Assembly (NCBI GenBank): GCA_035378955.1
Contig: DAOSUS010000009.1
Coordinates: forward strand, 10,119 to 74,118
Direction: 5' to 3'
Source: Candidatus Hydrogenedens sp.
GTDB taxonomy: Bacteria > Hydrogenedentota > Hydrogenedentia > Hydrogenedentales > Hydrogenedentaceae
Length of the DNA: 64,000 bases
The notes beneath the pieces are model-generated. The model saw nothing but the letters and a program-made list of their open reading frames with translations, was not told where the DNA came from and did no database searches. The position numbers were made by a program, and so were the translations under genes. The first letter of the stretch is position 1, and every line of letters begins with the position of its first letter. Shown here one piece after another: positions 1-10,096 of this stretch.

Positions 1-281
1 TCCTTACCTCGTGCATGTGTTGTTTCCCGTGGACTATTTCCATAATCAAAACCGGCAGGAGGCAACCCATTTCGTTCCCCATATAATAATGCGTTTGAGT
101 GATAGGATTTTATGTGGAGAGCATGCGCTACTTCATCGGTAACTAAAATTCTTTTAGCACCAGAATGAAGCAACATGATAGCAGTAGCACTTGCTCTTAA
201 TGCATCTACGACGACAATACCTAAATGATTTGTTTTTCCAAAAATACAACCTTCTTTACCTTGTATTAAATAAGCAATCAC
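1..281 (-). CDS. 2-phosphosulfolactate phosphatase (ComB) family protein, N-terminal part; gene continues beyond left window edge
   Basis: My own reverse-strand translation of 281..1 reads VIAYLIQGKEGCIFGKTNHLGIVVVDALRASATAIMLLHSGAKRILVTDEVAHALHIKSYHSNALLYGERNGLPPAGFDYGNSPRETTHARGK without a stop. The VVVDxLRAS and GFDxGNSP motifs are typical of the ComB family. It is absent from the ORF track because there is no in-frame ATG; the start is tentatively placed at GTG 281..279. Confidence 0.45.
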   Translation of the reverse strand, partial: MIAYLIQGKEGCIFGKTNHLGIVVVDALRASATAIMLLHSGAKRILVTDEVAHALHIKSYHSNALLYGERNGLPPAGFDYGNSPRETTHARGK

Positions 282-471
282 ATTCCAACCTTTATTTATT
301 AGGCTATTTTTAAAAAATTTTAAAAATAATTCAATTTGTAATTTGATTTTTGAGTTTAAATTGTATATCTTAATATATCAATGTAAATATGGTATTCACA
401 AAGCACTGCCCGTTGTAGCGCTTAGTGAGCCAGATAAAAACAATGGGGAGTAACCCACTGGAGGAACAATT

Positions 472-786
472 ATGGCGTTCAAAAAAGCAAAAAAAGAAGA
501 TAAGCCAATGACCAAAGCCCAAATCATCAGCACGCTTGCTGAAGCAACAGGGTTAACCAAGAAGAACATTAATGAAGTTCTTCAAAGTTTAGTAGAGTTG
601 GCTTATGCACAAGCACCCGCCAGTTTTGTCATTCCTGGTTTAGGCAAACTGGTAGTGGTGGACCGTAAAGCCCGTATTCAAATCAATCCTCAGACCAAAG
701 AAAAAATGAAGGTCCCCGCAAAGAAAGTTTTGAAATTCCGGATTGCAAAAGCGGCAAAAGATGCAGTTCTGGGAGCAAAGAAGTAA
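472..786 (+). CDS. hup: HU/IHF-family nucleoid DNA-binding protein with Lys-rich N- and C-terminal extensions
   Basis: 104 aa. TKAQIISTLAEATGLTKKNINEVL...GLGKLVVVDRKARIQINPQTKEKMKVPAKKVLKFRIAKAAKDAV matches the HU fold signature (arm RNPQTG-like, C-terminal helix). GGAGG RBS at 460-464 sits 7 nt upstream of the ATG. An alternative start is Met at 508. Confidence 0.8.
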   Translation: MAFKKAKKEDKPMTKAQIISTLAEATGLTKKNINEVLQSLVELAYAQAPASFVIPGLGKLVVVDRKARIQINPQTKEKMKVPAKKVLKFRIAKAAKDAVLGAKK

Positions 787-817
787 GTAGTATTGTGGTG
801 TAAACAACATACTGTTA

Positions 818-850
818 CTGCGGTCTGCAAAGACCGCAGTACTTTTTTTA
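818..850 (+). terminator. Rho-independent terminator after the HU gene
   Basis: Perfect 9-bp stem ctgcggtct / agaccgcag (818-826 / 831-839) with a gcaa loop, followed by tacttttttta. Confidence 0.7.
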
Positions 851-911
851 TGGGAATAAATATTTCTAATATATGGTATAATTTTATAGTTGTACATATA
901 ATTAAAATTAT

Positions 912-3900
912 TTGTGGGCTGAAATTATGAAAAGAAATAAAAGTATTTCTTGGGTTAATAATAGATTGTTAGTCCTGTTGCCTTTAATGGTAATATTAGC
1001 AATTGTTAAGGCGGAAGGAGATGTAGTTAATATAACCACTTTTTCTGAAGTGGGGGGAATTAAGATTCAAATTAATTTGTCTTCTGACCCCGAACTTAAA
1101 AAAGAAACCATAGGGGGACACACCTTTACTCATATTAGTTTTCCTGAAATGGGGACATCGGGTTCTATAGGTAATCCAGAATTACCTGCATGGAGAAGAT
1201 ATGTAGAAATTCCTCCTAATGCGACCGATGTATCATTAATTTATAATGTGCAAAGTCTTCCTGAAGAATTAGAAATTCAATACCCTATTTATCCCATTCA
1301 GCCTCCATGGGAAAAAATACAGGGGGTACAGAGACCCAAGTTTACAATAAATGATGATGTTTACAATTCCAGTGAGAAGCAAGGGGAAAAGGTTGCAGAA
1401 ATAGAACCTTTTGGGAATGTTCGTGGAAAAAATCTTTATCAAATAACCTATTATCCTGTAAGTTATGACCCCTTAAATTCAAAAATTTATATCACCAAAA
1501 ATCTTTTATTAGATATTCGTTGGAATACACCAAAAAACTTTTTGTCCCGTGATAAAAAGTATTTTTCAAAATATGTTGATGACTTATGGAACCCATATAT
1601 TTTGAATTCCGCTTCTTCTATGGAAAAATCGGAAAACACAGGTTACAATATTCCTGTGGGAATGCTTGTTATTGTTGCTTCTCCTTTTATGGGGAATAGC
1701 AAACTTAATGAATGGGTTCAATGGAAGACACAAAGAGGCTTTATTGTAACTGTAGAAAATGTAGCAAATATAGGGACAAATTTTACAGCGATTAGGGATT
1801 ATATTAAACAGGCATATAATAATTGGGATGTTCCACCTACATTTGTTGTTTTAGTAGGAGACCCTTACTACATTCAGGCGCCAGCAGGTTATGCCCCCAA
1901 TAATCCCATTACGGATTTATATTACTCTATCGTAGATGGAGACGAATATTATACCCCAGATTTATGGGTAGGCAGGATTAGTGTATCGAGTTCAACTCAA
2001 TTACAGAATACTTTAAATAAAATTCTTAAATATGAAAAAGCACAATGGACCCTTACAGAACCATGGTATATAAAAGCCTCTTTTTTAACAGGTTCAGATA
2101 ACTATGAAATTACAGAGGGAACGCACAATTATGTGATTTCAAATTATTTTGAACCAGCAGAATTTGTTTCTCAAAAATTATATACAGTAACTTATGGAGC
2201 AACGAGTTCTGATGTAATTTCTGCGATTAATTCTGGAAGAGGATGGGTAGTATATTCCGGTCATGGTTCTGATATCAGTTGGGCAGATGGACCTCCCTTA
2301 TCGCAAAGTGATGTTAATTCTTTAACTAATACGGTATATCCCTGGGTACTTAGTTTCGCATGCGAAACCGGACAATATGCTGAACCTGAATGTTTTGGAG
2401 AAACCTGGCAGAGAGCGTCAAAAGGCGGCGTTGGCTTTTTAGGGAGTTCTGTGACTTCCTATTGGGATGAAGATGATATGTTGGAAAAGTTTGTTATAGA
2501 AAGTTTCTTTTCATTAAAGAAAACATGGACAGCCGGGATGATACTTAATGGAAAATTAAAATTTTTTAATTATTATGGGGATACATCTACAACAAAACGC
2601 TATTTTGAGATGTATAACCTTTTAGGAGACCCTTCTACGGAAATATGGATAGGGACATTGCAAAACCCCTATATTTCCCATAGTTCTAATGTAGACCCGA
2701 ACGGGTTGCCTTTATCCGTTTATATTGAGTGGCAAAATGCAGTTATATCTGTTTCTAATTCCAATACATTATTAGGTGCTATTCGTTCTAATTTCGGTAG
2801 TAATCTTGTTTCCTTTTCTCCTCCGGGAGTTGTTCCTTTAGTTAAATTAACTATAACAGGAAATCCCATAGTTCCCTATCAAGTAGATTTGCCTGTGGTG
2901 GTAGGTGCTGATGGTAGTATTCAATGGGATAAAACAATTTATAATGGTTCCGCATTAGCAACTCTTGTCCTGTCAGATGTTAATTTATCGGGACAGGGAG
3001 AAATTTCTATTCCAGTTAGGTCGGATAGTGGAGATAATGAACAGGTAATACTAACGGAATCTCAAGTTTCTGGATTTTTTCAAGGGACTATCCAACTAAC
3101 AACCTTATCTACAGAAAATAACGATGGACTTCTTACTGTAATTCATAATGGTTTAATTACAGCAGAGTATTACGATGAACTGACGGAATCGGGTTCCCCA
3201 CGAACAATCACAGCTGAATCTACAACAGATATTTATCCACCTCAATTACTTCACTTATCAATAGAGCCCGGTATTAAAGATGTGAATGTTCAATTAGAAA
3301 CCGATGAAATTTGTTCTGCCCGTTTTGAATATGGAGGTCAATGCTCTGTTCCCTTTGAGAAATATGAGAATTCTCTCGCTATGAATACAAATCACAAATT
3401 CTTAATTACAGGATTAAGTTCGGATACGGAATATACATACAGAATTGTGTTAACAGATATTGCAGAAAATGAATATTCGACAGATTGTGGCAACTTTACG
3501 ACTCTACACCAGCCAGATTATTTCACCTACTACTATACTTCAGATATTGTAGACACAGTTCCGTTGTCCAATCACCGAGTTATATTTGTTCCCGATGCCT
3601 CTTCGGATAAATATCATGCATGCTTGCAAAATATAAATGAATTTCCAAGAATCACAAAAAATGCGACGCCCATTACTCTTGGAGATGATGACTTTGCATT
3701 GATTGAATTTCCATTAGGTACTTATGTCTATCTATACGGGGTAGAATATTCTCAATGTTATGTGGGAAGTAACGGTTATGTTACCTTTACGCAAGGAGAT
3801 GATGACTATGCGGAGTCTTTAGATGCACATTTCACTATTCCGAGAATATCGCTAATGTTTGATGACTTAAACCCATCTAAAGCAGGTTCGATTTTATATC

Positions 3901-4607
3901 AGTTCGATACTGATGCTTTTGTTGTTACTTTTTCAGGAGTTCTGAGGTACGGTGCAGGGGAAGCCAATATTCAATTAGAAATGTTTTATGATGGAACGAT
4001 TTCTATCACATGGCTTAATTGTGTTTCCTCAGGTTTTATTACAGGACTATCTGGAGGTGGAGGAATTCCAACGGACTTTGAGTTAACAGATTTTTTAAGA
4101 TACAAAGAATGCATACCCTCAGAAGGAGTTTTAGAAGGGGAATATGAAGGTATTAGTGAAGGTGAGGGAGTAGCAGAAGGCGAGGGAACTACCGAAGGAA
4201 ATATAGAAGGAGTTATGGAGGGAGAAGGAGCCATAGAAGGTATAATAGAAGGAACTATGGAAGGTAGTGTAGATGGTGAGGGAAACATCGAAGGAACCCT
4301 CGAAGGTGAATATATTTTCTTCCATAGTTCAGATATAAATAGAAACGGTAAAATTGATTTAGATGAACTGTTAAGAATAATTCAGTTATTTAATTCGGGT
4401 GGATATCACTGTAATATCAACACTAAAATTGAAGATGGCTATCTCCCAGGTCCTGGAGATAATCACGATTGCCAACCCCATTCCAGCGATTATAATCCTC
4501 AGGATTGGGTCATTTCTTTCTCTGAATTAATTCGGGCGATACAAATATTTAATATCCAAAGATACTATCCCTGTCCGGGTGAAAGTGAGGACAATTTTTG
4601 TTTTTAA
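912..4607 (+). CDS. Secreted gingipain-like cysteine peptidase (peptidase C25 family) with Ig/FN3-like domains, an (x-E-G)n repeat linker and C-terminal dockerin-like Ca-binding segments
   Basis: 1231 aa. N-terminal signal peptide (LLVLLPLMVILAIVKAEG). C25 hallmarks: VIVASPF...RGFIVTV...FVVLVGD...DLWVGRIS, a catalytic His region VYSGHGSDISWADG, and a catalytic Cys region LSFACETGQY. Downstream is an FN3-like segment (TEYTYRIVLTD). The EG-rich tract runs from about aa 1075 to 1135. Two EF-hand/dockerin-like loops follow: DINRNGKIDLDELLRIIQLFN and DYNPQDWVISFSELIRAIQIFN. Confidence 0.8.
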   Translation: MWAEIMKRNKSISWVNNRLLVLLPLMVILAIVKAEGDVVNITTFSEVGGIKIQINLSSDPELKKETIGGHTFTHISFPEMGTSGSIGNPELPAWRRYVEIPPNATDVSLIYNVQSLPEELEIQYPIYPIQPPWEKIQGVQRPKFTINDDVYNSSEKQGEKVAEIEPFGNVRGKNLYQITYYPVSYDPLNSKIYITKNLLLDIRWNTPKNFLSRDKKYFSKYVDDLWNPYILNSASSMEKSENTGYNIPVGMLVIVASPFMGNSKLNEWVQWKTQRGFIVTVENVANIGTNFTAIRDYIKQAYNNWDVPPTFVVLVGDPYYIQAPAGYAPNNPITDLYYSIVDGDEYYTPDLWVGRISVSSSTQLQNTLNKILKYEKAQWTLTEPWYIKASFLTGSDNYEITEGTHNYVISNYFEPAEFVSQKLYTVTYGATSSDVISAINSGRGWVVYSGHGSDISWADGPPLSQSDVNSLTNTVYPWVLSFACETGQYAEPECFGETWQRASKGGVGFLGSSVTSYWDEDDMLEKFVIESFFSLKKTWTAGMILNGKLKFFNYYGDTSTTKRYFEMYNLLGDPSTEIWIGTLQNPYISHSSNVDPNGLPLSVYIEWQNAVISVSNSNTLLGAIRSNFGSNLVSFSPPGVVPLVKLTITGNPIVPYQVDLPVVVGADGSIQWDKTIYNGSALATLVLSDVNLSGQGEISIPVRSDSGDNEQVILTESQVSGFFQGTIQLTTLSTENNDGLLTVIHNGLITAEYYDELTESGSPRTITAESTTDIYPPQLLHLSIEPGIKDVNVQLETDEICSARFEYGGQCSVPFEKYENSLAMNTNHKFLITGLSSDTEYTYRIVLTDIAENEYSTDCGNFTTLHQPDYFTYYYTSDIVDTVPLSNHRVIFVPDASSDKYHACLQNINEFPRITKNATPITLGDDDFALIEFPLGTYVYLYGVEYSQCYVGSNGYVTFTQGDDDYAESLDAHFTIPRISLMFDDLNPSKAGSILYQFDTDAFVVTFSGVLRYGAGEANIQLEMFYDGTISITWLNCVSSGFITGLSGGGGIPTDFELTDFLRYKECIPSEGVLEGEYEGISEGEGVAEGEGTTEGNIEGVMEGEGAIEGIIEGTMEGSVDGEGNIEGTLEGEYIFFHSSDINRNGKIDLDELLRIIQLFNSGGYHCNINTKIEDGYLPGPGDNHDCQPHSSDYNPQDWVISFSELIRAIQIFNIQRYYPCPGESEDNFCF
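4130..4320 (+). repeat. Low-complexity coding repeat: short gaagg-containing units encoding an (x-E-G)n tract inside the C25 peptidase gene
   Basis: DNA shows reiterated gaaggtg/gaaggag/gaagga units. The protein reads GEYEGISEGEGVAEGEGTTEGNIEGVMEGEGAIEGIIEGTMEGSVDGEGNIEGTLEGEY. The antisense frame gives a PS-rich pseudo-ORF (3986..4288), which is an artifact of the repeat. Confidence 0.7.
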
Positions 4608-4710
4608 TGAAAGTATAAAAAATCTTCTACAACAGCAGTTTGATTAATAGACACAAAATATCTTAAATTAATAGTGAAAATGTAAATAAATTCCTATTAT
4701 GTAAAATTGT

Positions 4711-6732
4711 ATGATAAATAAAGAAAAAATTTTTTATACGCGTGAAATTTCTGTCCTTTCATTTAACGAGCGTGTTTTGCAAGAAGCGGAAGATGAACGA
4801 AATCCCTTATTAGAACGGTTAAAATTTTTGGGTATTTTTTCTTCCAATATGGATGAATTCTTTAAGGTTCGGGTAGCCAGTGTTCAGAGACGCCTTGAAT
4901 TAGGGGAGCAAAAGATGACATATCTTTTAGAAGCCATCGGGGAATTTTCACGCGAATTGGATGAACGATTTCGCCAGGCTTATGAAACAATTACCAGAGA
5001 ATTAGAAAATCATGGTATTCGGATATTAACTCAAGAAGAATTATATGAATTAGCACCATCAGAATATCAATGGCTTTCGGATTATTTTAAAGAAAATATT
5101 CTTCATACACTTGTTCCTGTAATTCTACAAGATAAAATTCCTTTACCTCCGTTAACCGATGGTGCATTATATTTTGCGATACAGATGAATATGCAGGACA
5201 AGAAAAAATACGCCGTATTAGAAATTCCTGCTTCTCTTCCTCGTTTTGTAGAGTTACCCAGTGGAAATATTGCATATATTGACGATGTAATACGCCTTTT
5301 CCTTACAGATGTGCTGTATATATTCCCCTTTGATGATATTGAAGCCTATGAATTCAAAATATCGAGAGATGCGGAGTTGGATATTGATAATGATTTTTCA
5401 GAGGGTTATATTCGGAAAATGAGGAAAGTCCTGGAACAACGGAAAGGAGGTCGCCCTACCCGTTTTCACTATGATGAGAACATGCCTAAAAAACTATGTA
5501 AAAAATTATTAAAAGAATTGAAAATTACAGAAGAAGACACAGTGATAGCCGGGGGACGCTATCACAATATGAAAGATTTAATGAACTTCCCTGCCAGAAG
5601 AAAAGATTTGTTATTTGAACCTTTACCCCCCGTAAAACACCCCATTTTAGATGGTCCTCGTGTTCCTGTTTTAGATGTAGTGGAAAAACAGGATGTCTTG
5701 CTTACATATCCGTATCAATCATTTGACCATGTTATAAGGCTTATTCGAGAGTCAGCTATTGACCCGGATGTCGAAGAAATCAAAATGACCATTTATCGTG
5801 TAGCAAGTCAATCAAAAATTGTAAATGCTCTTATTAATGCGGCTCGAAACGGGAAAAAGGTGTTTGCATCCATAGAACTCCAGGCACGATTTGATGAACA
5901 ACACAATATCCAGATAGCAGAACGTTTGTCAGAAGCAGGGGTTCGTGTGGCTTATGGTGTCCCTCCCATGAAGGTGCATGCAAAATTCCTTTTAATAAAA
6001 AAGAAAAACAAGAGTTTTGTGGGATTATCCACAGGAAACTTTCATGAAAAAACAGCTCGCCAATATGTCGATAGTATTTTATTTACATCTAACCCCGCTA
6101 TTACGGAAGAAGTGGAAGAGGCTTTTAAACTTTTAGACCGAAGTTCCGGATTGCCTCCTTTAACTCCACCTGATTTTGAGTATCTGTGCATTTCCCCTTT
6201 CTCATTACGGAAATCATTGAATAGGTTGATTAATCGTGAAAAAGAAAAAGGTTCCAACGGATATATTTTCCTAAAAGTAAATCATCTAACAGATACCCGA
6301 ATTGTAAAAAAATTAAAAGAAGCTGCCGATGCCGGTGTTAAAATTGATTTGGTTGTTCGAACGACCTATGCAATGCCTCCACATCCTAATATTTCTGCCA
6401 TTTCTATTTTAGACCGATTTTTGGAACATCAGAGAATCTATATTTTCGGGAAAGGGGAACAAACAACTATTTACATGGCTTCTGCTGATTTGATGGAACG
6501 CAATCTTGATTACCGTGTTGAATGTGCTTTCCCCATTATTTCTCCAGAACTAAAACATCAAGTCTTGGATATAATTTCGTTCCAGATTCATGATAATTTT
6601 AAGGCTCGTGTTCTGGATGAACGACAAACAAACCGCTATGTAGAACATGGGAAAGGAACTGTTCGAGCCCAATATGCCACATACGAATATTTTAAGCAAT
6701 CCGCAACGATAGCGATTGACAATAATGTCTAA
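4711..6732 (+). CDS. ppk: Polyphosphate kinase 1
   Basis: 673 aa. N-terminus FNERVLQEAEDERNPLLERLKFLGIFSSNMDEFFKVRVA is typical of PPK1. C-terminal PLD-like HxK motifs (VHAKFLLIKKK) are present. The length fits. Confidence 0.9.
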   Translation: MINKEKIFYTREISVLSFNERVLQEAEDERNPLLERLKFLGIFSSNMDEFFKVRVASVQRRLELGEQKMTYLLEAIGEFSRELDERFRQAYETITRELENHGIRILTQEELYELAPSEYQWLSDYFKENILHTLVPVILQDKIPLPPLTDGALYFAIQMNMQDKKKYAVLEIPASLPRFVELPSGNIAYIDDVIRLFLTDVLYIFPFDDIEAYEFKISRDAELDIDNDFSEGYIRKMRKVLEQRKGGRPTRFHYDENMPKKLCKKLLKELKITEEDTVIAGGRYHNMKDLMNFPARRKDLLFEPLPPVKHPILDGPRVPVLDVVEKQDVLLTYPYQSFDHVIRLIRESAIDPDVEEIKMTIYRVASQSKIVNALINAARNGKKVFASIELQARFDEQHNIQIAERLSEAGVRVAYGVPPMKVHAKFLLIKKKNKSFVGLSTGNFHEKTARQYVDSILFTSNPAITEEVEEAFKLLDRSSGLPPLTPPDFEYLCISPFSLRKSLNRLINREKEKGSNGYIFLKVNHLTDTRIVKKLKEAADAGVKIDLVVRTTYAMPPHPNISAISILDRFLEHQRIYIFGKGEQTTIYMASADLMERNLDYRVECAFPIISPELKHQVLDIISFQIHDNFKARVLDERQTNRYVEHGKGTVRAQYATYEYFKQSATIAIDNNV

Positions 6733-7220
6733 AAAGAATTCCAATGTAAAACTTCATTTAAACTTCTCTTATGTGGGGATGGAATAGAAGCAGGATAACC
6801 TATAGCAACTAAACTAACCAAACGGTAAGATTCAGGGACATTAAGCAGCTTTAAGATAGAAGCACAGTATGGTTTTTTATCTCCTGCTACCCAACAAGAA
6901 CCCAGACCTAAAGCACGGGCAGAAACAAGGATATTTTGTGTAGCCGCAGAACCATCTTCAATATAATACTTTGTATCTTTGCATACAACCGCTATACATG
7001 CCCCCGCCTCACTGATGAATTTGCCATTATCTGTTTGTTCGGCTACTTTTCTTTTTAATTCTTTGTCCACAATGACGATGAATTCCCATGGTTGTTCATT
7101 TCTGGCTGTAGCGGATAATCTTCCACAGTCCACAATAGTTTCTAATAATTCCTTCGGCACTTCTTTATCCAGATATTTTCGGACGGAGCGACGCGTTTTG
7201 ATAGCCTCAATAGCATCCAT
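6729..7220 (-). CDS. Nitroreductase family protein
   Basis: 163 aa. RRSVRKY...NEQPWEFIVIV is the nitroreductase NAD(P)H-flavin fold signature. Its 3' end overlaps the ppk stop by 4 nt (convergent). Confidence 0.7.
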   Translation of the reverse strand: MDAIEAIKTRRSVRKYLDKEVPKELLETIVDCGRLSATARNEQPWEFIVIVDKELKRKVAEQTDNGKFISEAGACIAVVCKDTKYYIEDGSAATQNILVSARALGLGSCWVAGDKKPYCASILKLLNVPESYRLVSLVAIGYPASIPSPHKRSLNEVLHWNSF

Positions 7221-7258
7221 ATCTTACCTCCTTTAATAATAGATGTGGTTTCTAATTA

Positions 7259-7924
7259 TTATAACGGTGCATCCTGTAAAATATCTAAACTTGTGCTTGT
7301 GCCAATACGATTAGCCCCTGCTTCTATCATAGCCACGGCTTCCCCATAGGTTCGGATACCTCCTGCCGCCTTGACACCTAAAAAATTTCCTACTGCTTTT
7401 CGCAACAGTTGCACATCTTCCACAGTAGCCCCTTTCGTTCCGTATCCGGTAGAAGTTTTGACAAACTTTGCTCCTGTCCGTATTGCCATTTCGCATACCG
7501 CAACTTTTTCGTCATTACTCAAATAACTTGTTTCTAAAATAACTTTTACAGGAACATTCCCTGCTGTTTTAACCACGATAGCAATTTCCTTTTCAACATA
7601 AGCAGTATAGCCTGATTTTAAAGCACCAATATTAATCACCATATCAATTTCTTGAGCCCCATTTTTAATGGCTTCAGCCGTTTCTGCCACCTTAATATGA
7701 GCAGTTGTTGCACCTAAAGGGAAACCAACACATACATCTACTTTAACAGGTGTATCCTTGAGTAACTGGACGCATAACTTTGTCCATGTCGGGTTAATAC
7801 TTACCGCGTAAAAATTATTTTCTTTAGCTTCCTGACATAGAATTCTTATGTCATCCTCACTCGCGTAAGGACGAAGAAGGGTATGGTCTATCATCCTTGC
7901 TAATTCTTGTCGTTTAATATCCAT
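7259..7924 (-). CDS. deoC: Deoxyribose-phosphate aldolase
   Basis: 221 aa. IDHTLLRP...VCVGFPLG...VINIG...KVILETSYL...KTSTGYG...GVKAAGGIRT cover the class I aldolase DeoC motifs, including the Schiff-base Lys region. Confidence 0.9.
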   Translation of the reverse strand: MDIKRQELARMIDHTLLRPYASEDDIRILCQEAKENNFYAVSINPTWTKLCVQLLKDTPVKVDVCVGFPLGATTAHIKVAETAEAIKNGAQEIDMVINIGALKSGYTAYVEKEIAIVVKTAGNVPVKVILETSYLSNDEKVAVCEMAIRTGAKFVKTSTGYGTKGATVEDVQLLRKAVGNFLGVKAAGGIRTYGEAVAMIEAGANRIGTSTSLDILQDAPL

Positions 7925-7946
7925 AATATATCTACCTTCAAACCAT

Positions 7947-8726
7947 TTATAATCTTAAAATGCTGAAACCTCCACTAATTTCAAAAACAGACCCTGTAGC
8001 GTAATCAAAATTTCCTTCTGCTATAGATTTAACACAATTGGCTACATCTTCGGGCATTCCCCATCGTTTTTGAAGTAATAACCCTTGTTGTATCAAGGCG
8101 TCATATTTCGAACGGACAGGTTCTGTCATGTCAGTCATAATTATTCCGGGGCGAATTTCAAATACAGGTATATTATACTCTGCAAGTCGGACAGCATAAA
8201 GTTGGGAAGTCATGCTTAAACCTGCTTTACTAATACAGTATTCAGCACGGTTGGGTGAAGCAGTTATGGCTGAAATGCTGGTTATAAATATAATGCGAGG
8301 TTTATAGTTCTCTTTGATACCTTTCTGTATAGAAGCAACCATTCGTTGAACAATTTTTTGAGTAAAGAAGAAAACGCCTTTCAAATTTGTATTAAGAACC
8401 TTGTCATAACTTTCTATAGAACACTCCAGAATATCGGAACGCTTGTCAGGTGCTATTCCTGCGTTATTTACAAGAAGGTCTATTTCAGGTAGTGCTGGAA
8501 AATGGTTAGAAAACCATACCTCCTGGTCTTTTAAATTCTCGATGTCAAGGGAAAATGCTAAACATTGCACAGGATAGTTTTTTTCTATTTCCTCTTTTAG
8601 AAGTCGAAGCCCATCGGGATTTCTTGCTATGGCTATTATGTTATAACCTTGTTTTGCTAATGTTAATGCAATTCCCTTGCCAATCCCTCTGCTTGCTCCT
8701 GTAACCAGAACAGTTAAATTTTTCAT
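7947..8726 (-). CDS. Short-chain dehydrogenase/reductase (SDR) family oxidoreductase
   Basis: 259 aa. TGASRGIGKGIA Rossmann motif, NNAG, and a catalytic YxxxK region (YCISKAG). Confidence 0.8.
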   Translation of the reverse strand: MKNLTVLVTGASRGIGKGIALTLAKQGYNIIAIARNPDGLRLLKEEIEKNYPVQCLAFSLDIENLKDQEVWFSNHFPALPEIDLLVNNAGIAPDKRSDILECSIESYDKVLNTNLKGVFFFTQKIVQRMVASIQKGIKENYKPRIIFITSISAITASPNRAEYCISKAGLSMTSQLYAVRLAEYNIPVFEIRPGIIMTDMTEPVRSKYDALIQQGLLLQKRWGMPEDVANCVKSIAEGNFDYATGSVFEISGGFSILRL

Positions 8727-8747
8727 ATATTGGACCCTTATTTTGAT

Positions 8748-10001
8748 TTACACTTCATTCTGAAGCATTTGTTCCAATGTCTGTGGTTTTCTAATCCATT
8801 CGAATTCAAAAGGTGCTATTCGTAATAATTCTCCACATTCAGGAAAGGAATTGTAGTTTTTACAAGATTGACTTGAACAATATGCTCCCGCCCCTTCTAC
8901 CACTAAAACATCGCCTATTTTTGCTTCTAATAGTTCTCTTGGGTCAAGACTTTCTGGGTCTCCCCGTTGAGGTGTAAATATATCTCCACTCTCACAACAG
9001 TGGCCTGAAACGATATACAGATATTTGTTTCGCGGACTGTCTTTCTCATGAGGGACAACTATTAAAGGATGTAATGCCCCATACATACTGGGACGAATGT
9101 TTTCTGTCATACCTGAATCAATCTTTATAAACCGATACCCTGTAGGTCCTGTATCAACTACATCAATAATACTACATAAAAGTGAGCCTGCATTCGCAAC
9201 AAGATATGTTCCGGGTTCTATTTCCAAATGGAGTCGCCTACCATGCTTTTTCTCAAATTCAAAAAATGCAGGAAGTATTTTATTCCCGATTTCTTGCAAA
9301 TTGGCTGTTTTTTCATCGAACATACGAGCCACTTTGTATCCACCGCCAAGACTAATTCTCTGGACATCAGGCATTTTTCCGGCTGTTTCTAAAGCCAAAT
9401 GAGCACAACGAACCCAAACTTCCGGGTCTGAACCCGAACCTATATGTGTATGCATCCCTGTAATTTTTAGTCTATGTTCTTGGGCTACCTCATATACACG
9501 ATGGAGATATTCATGCCAGATACCGAAACTGGCGGAAGGTCCTCCCACATTAGTTCGATTAGAAGACCCTGAACCCAATCCCGGATTAATTCGAACGCTG
9601 ACCTCTGTCCCTGGAAACATTTCACCATAGACTTTTAACTGATGGATGGAACAGGCATTATACAGAACCCCTTGTTCTACTAACTCTTTTAAATTGTAGG
9701 GAATTTGTTGGGCTGTGATTTGAATATGTGATGGGGGAATACCTGCTTTAATGGCTCGTTCGGCTTCATAACCACTGCTGGCATCTATATGAAGTCCCCA
9801 TGTATGAAATTTTTGCAAAATTTTGCGTGTAGGTAAAGCCTTCATCGCAAAGCGAGCCGTGAAACCAAAGGCATGTGGAAATGCTAATACTTCCTGAGCC
9901 CTTTGAAACATAGTTTTTTCGTCATAAATGAAAATAGGTGTGTTGTAATGATTTTTAATATGCAAAACTTCTTCTTCTGTTAAAAAAAACAAATGCTCCA
10001 T
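8748..10001 (-). CDS. PLP-dependent decarboxylase of the Orn/DAP/Arg decarboxylase (fold III) family, likely diaminopimelate decarboxylase
   Basis: 417 aa. HTHIGSGSD, EPGTYLVANAGSLL and the C-terminal CESGD are characteristic of LysA/NspC-type decarboxylases. Length fits LysA. Confidence 0.6.
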   Translation of the reverse strand: MEHLFFLTEEEVLHIKNHYNTPIFIYDEKTMFQRAQEVLAFPHAFGFTARFAMKALPTRKILQKFHTWGLHIDASSGYEAERAIKAGIPPSHIQITAQQIPYNLKELVEQGVLYNACSIHQLKVYGEMFPGTEVSVRINPGLGSGSSNRTNVGGPSASFGIWHEYLHRVYEVAQEHRLKITGMHTHIGSGSDPEVWVRCAHLALETAGKMPDVQRISLGGGYKVARMFDEKTANLQEIGNKILPAFFEFEKKHGRRLHLEIEPGTYLVANAGSLLCSIIDVVDTGPTGYRFIKIDSGMTENIRPSMYGALHPLIVVPHEKDSPRNKYLYIVSGHCCESGDIFTPQRGDPESLDPRELLEAKIGDVLVVEGAGAYCSSQSCKNYNSFPECGELLRIAPFEFEWIRKPQTLEQMLQNEV

Positions 10002-10096
10002 TTACAATCCTTTCTTTTCAGTTGGGATACAGTATACAATTTCGATATTATTTAGATGGTAAATAAAATAAATCAGAACAATAAGATTTTACAACG

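Noticed and set aside
3986-4288. Antisense ORF of 100 aa rich in Pro/Ser (PSPS repeats) plus a second antisense ORF at 4131..4325
   Set aside because: They lie entirely within the xEG repeat of the C25 gene. The reverse complement of GAAGG-type repeats automatically yields P/S codons. These are not independent genes.
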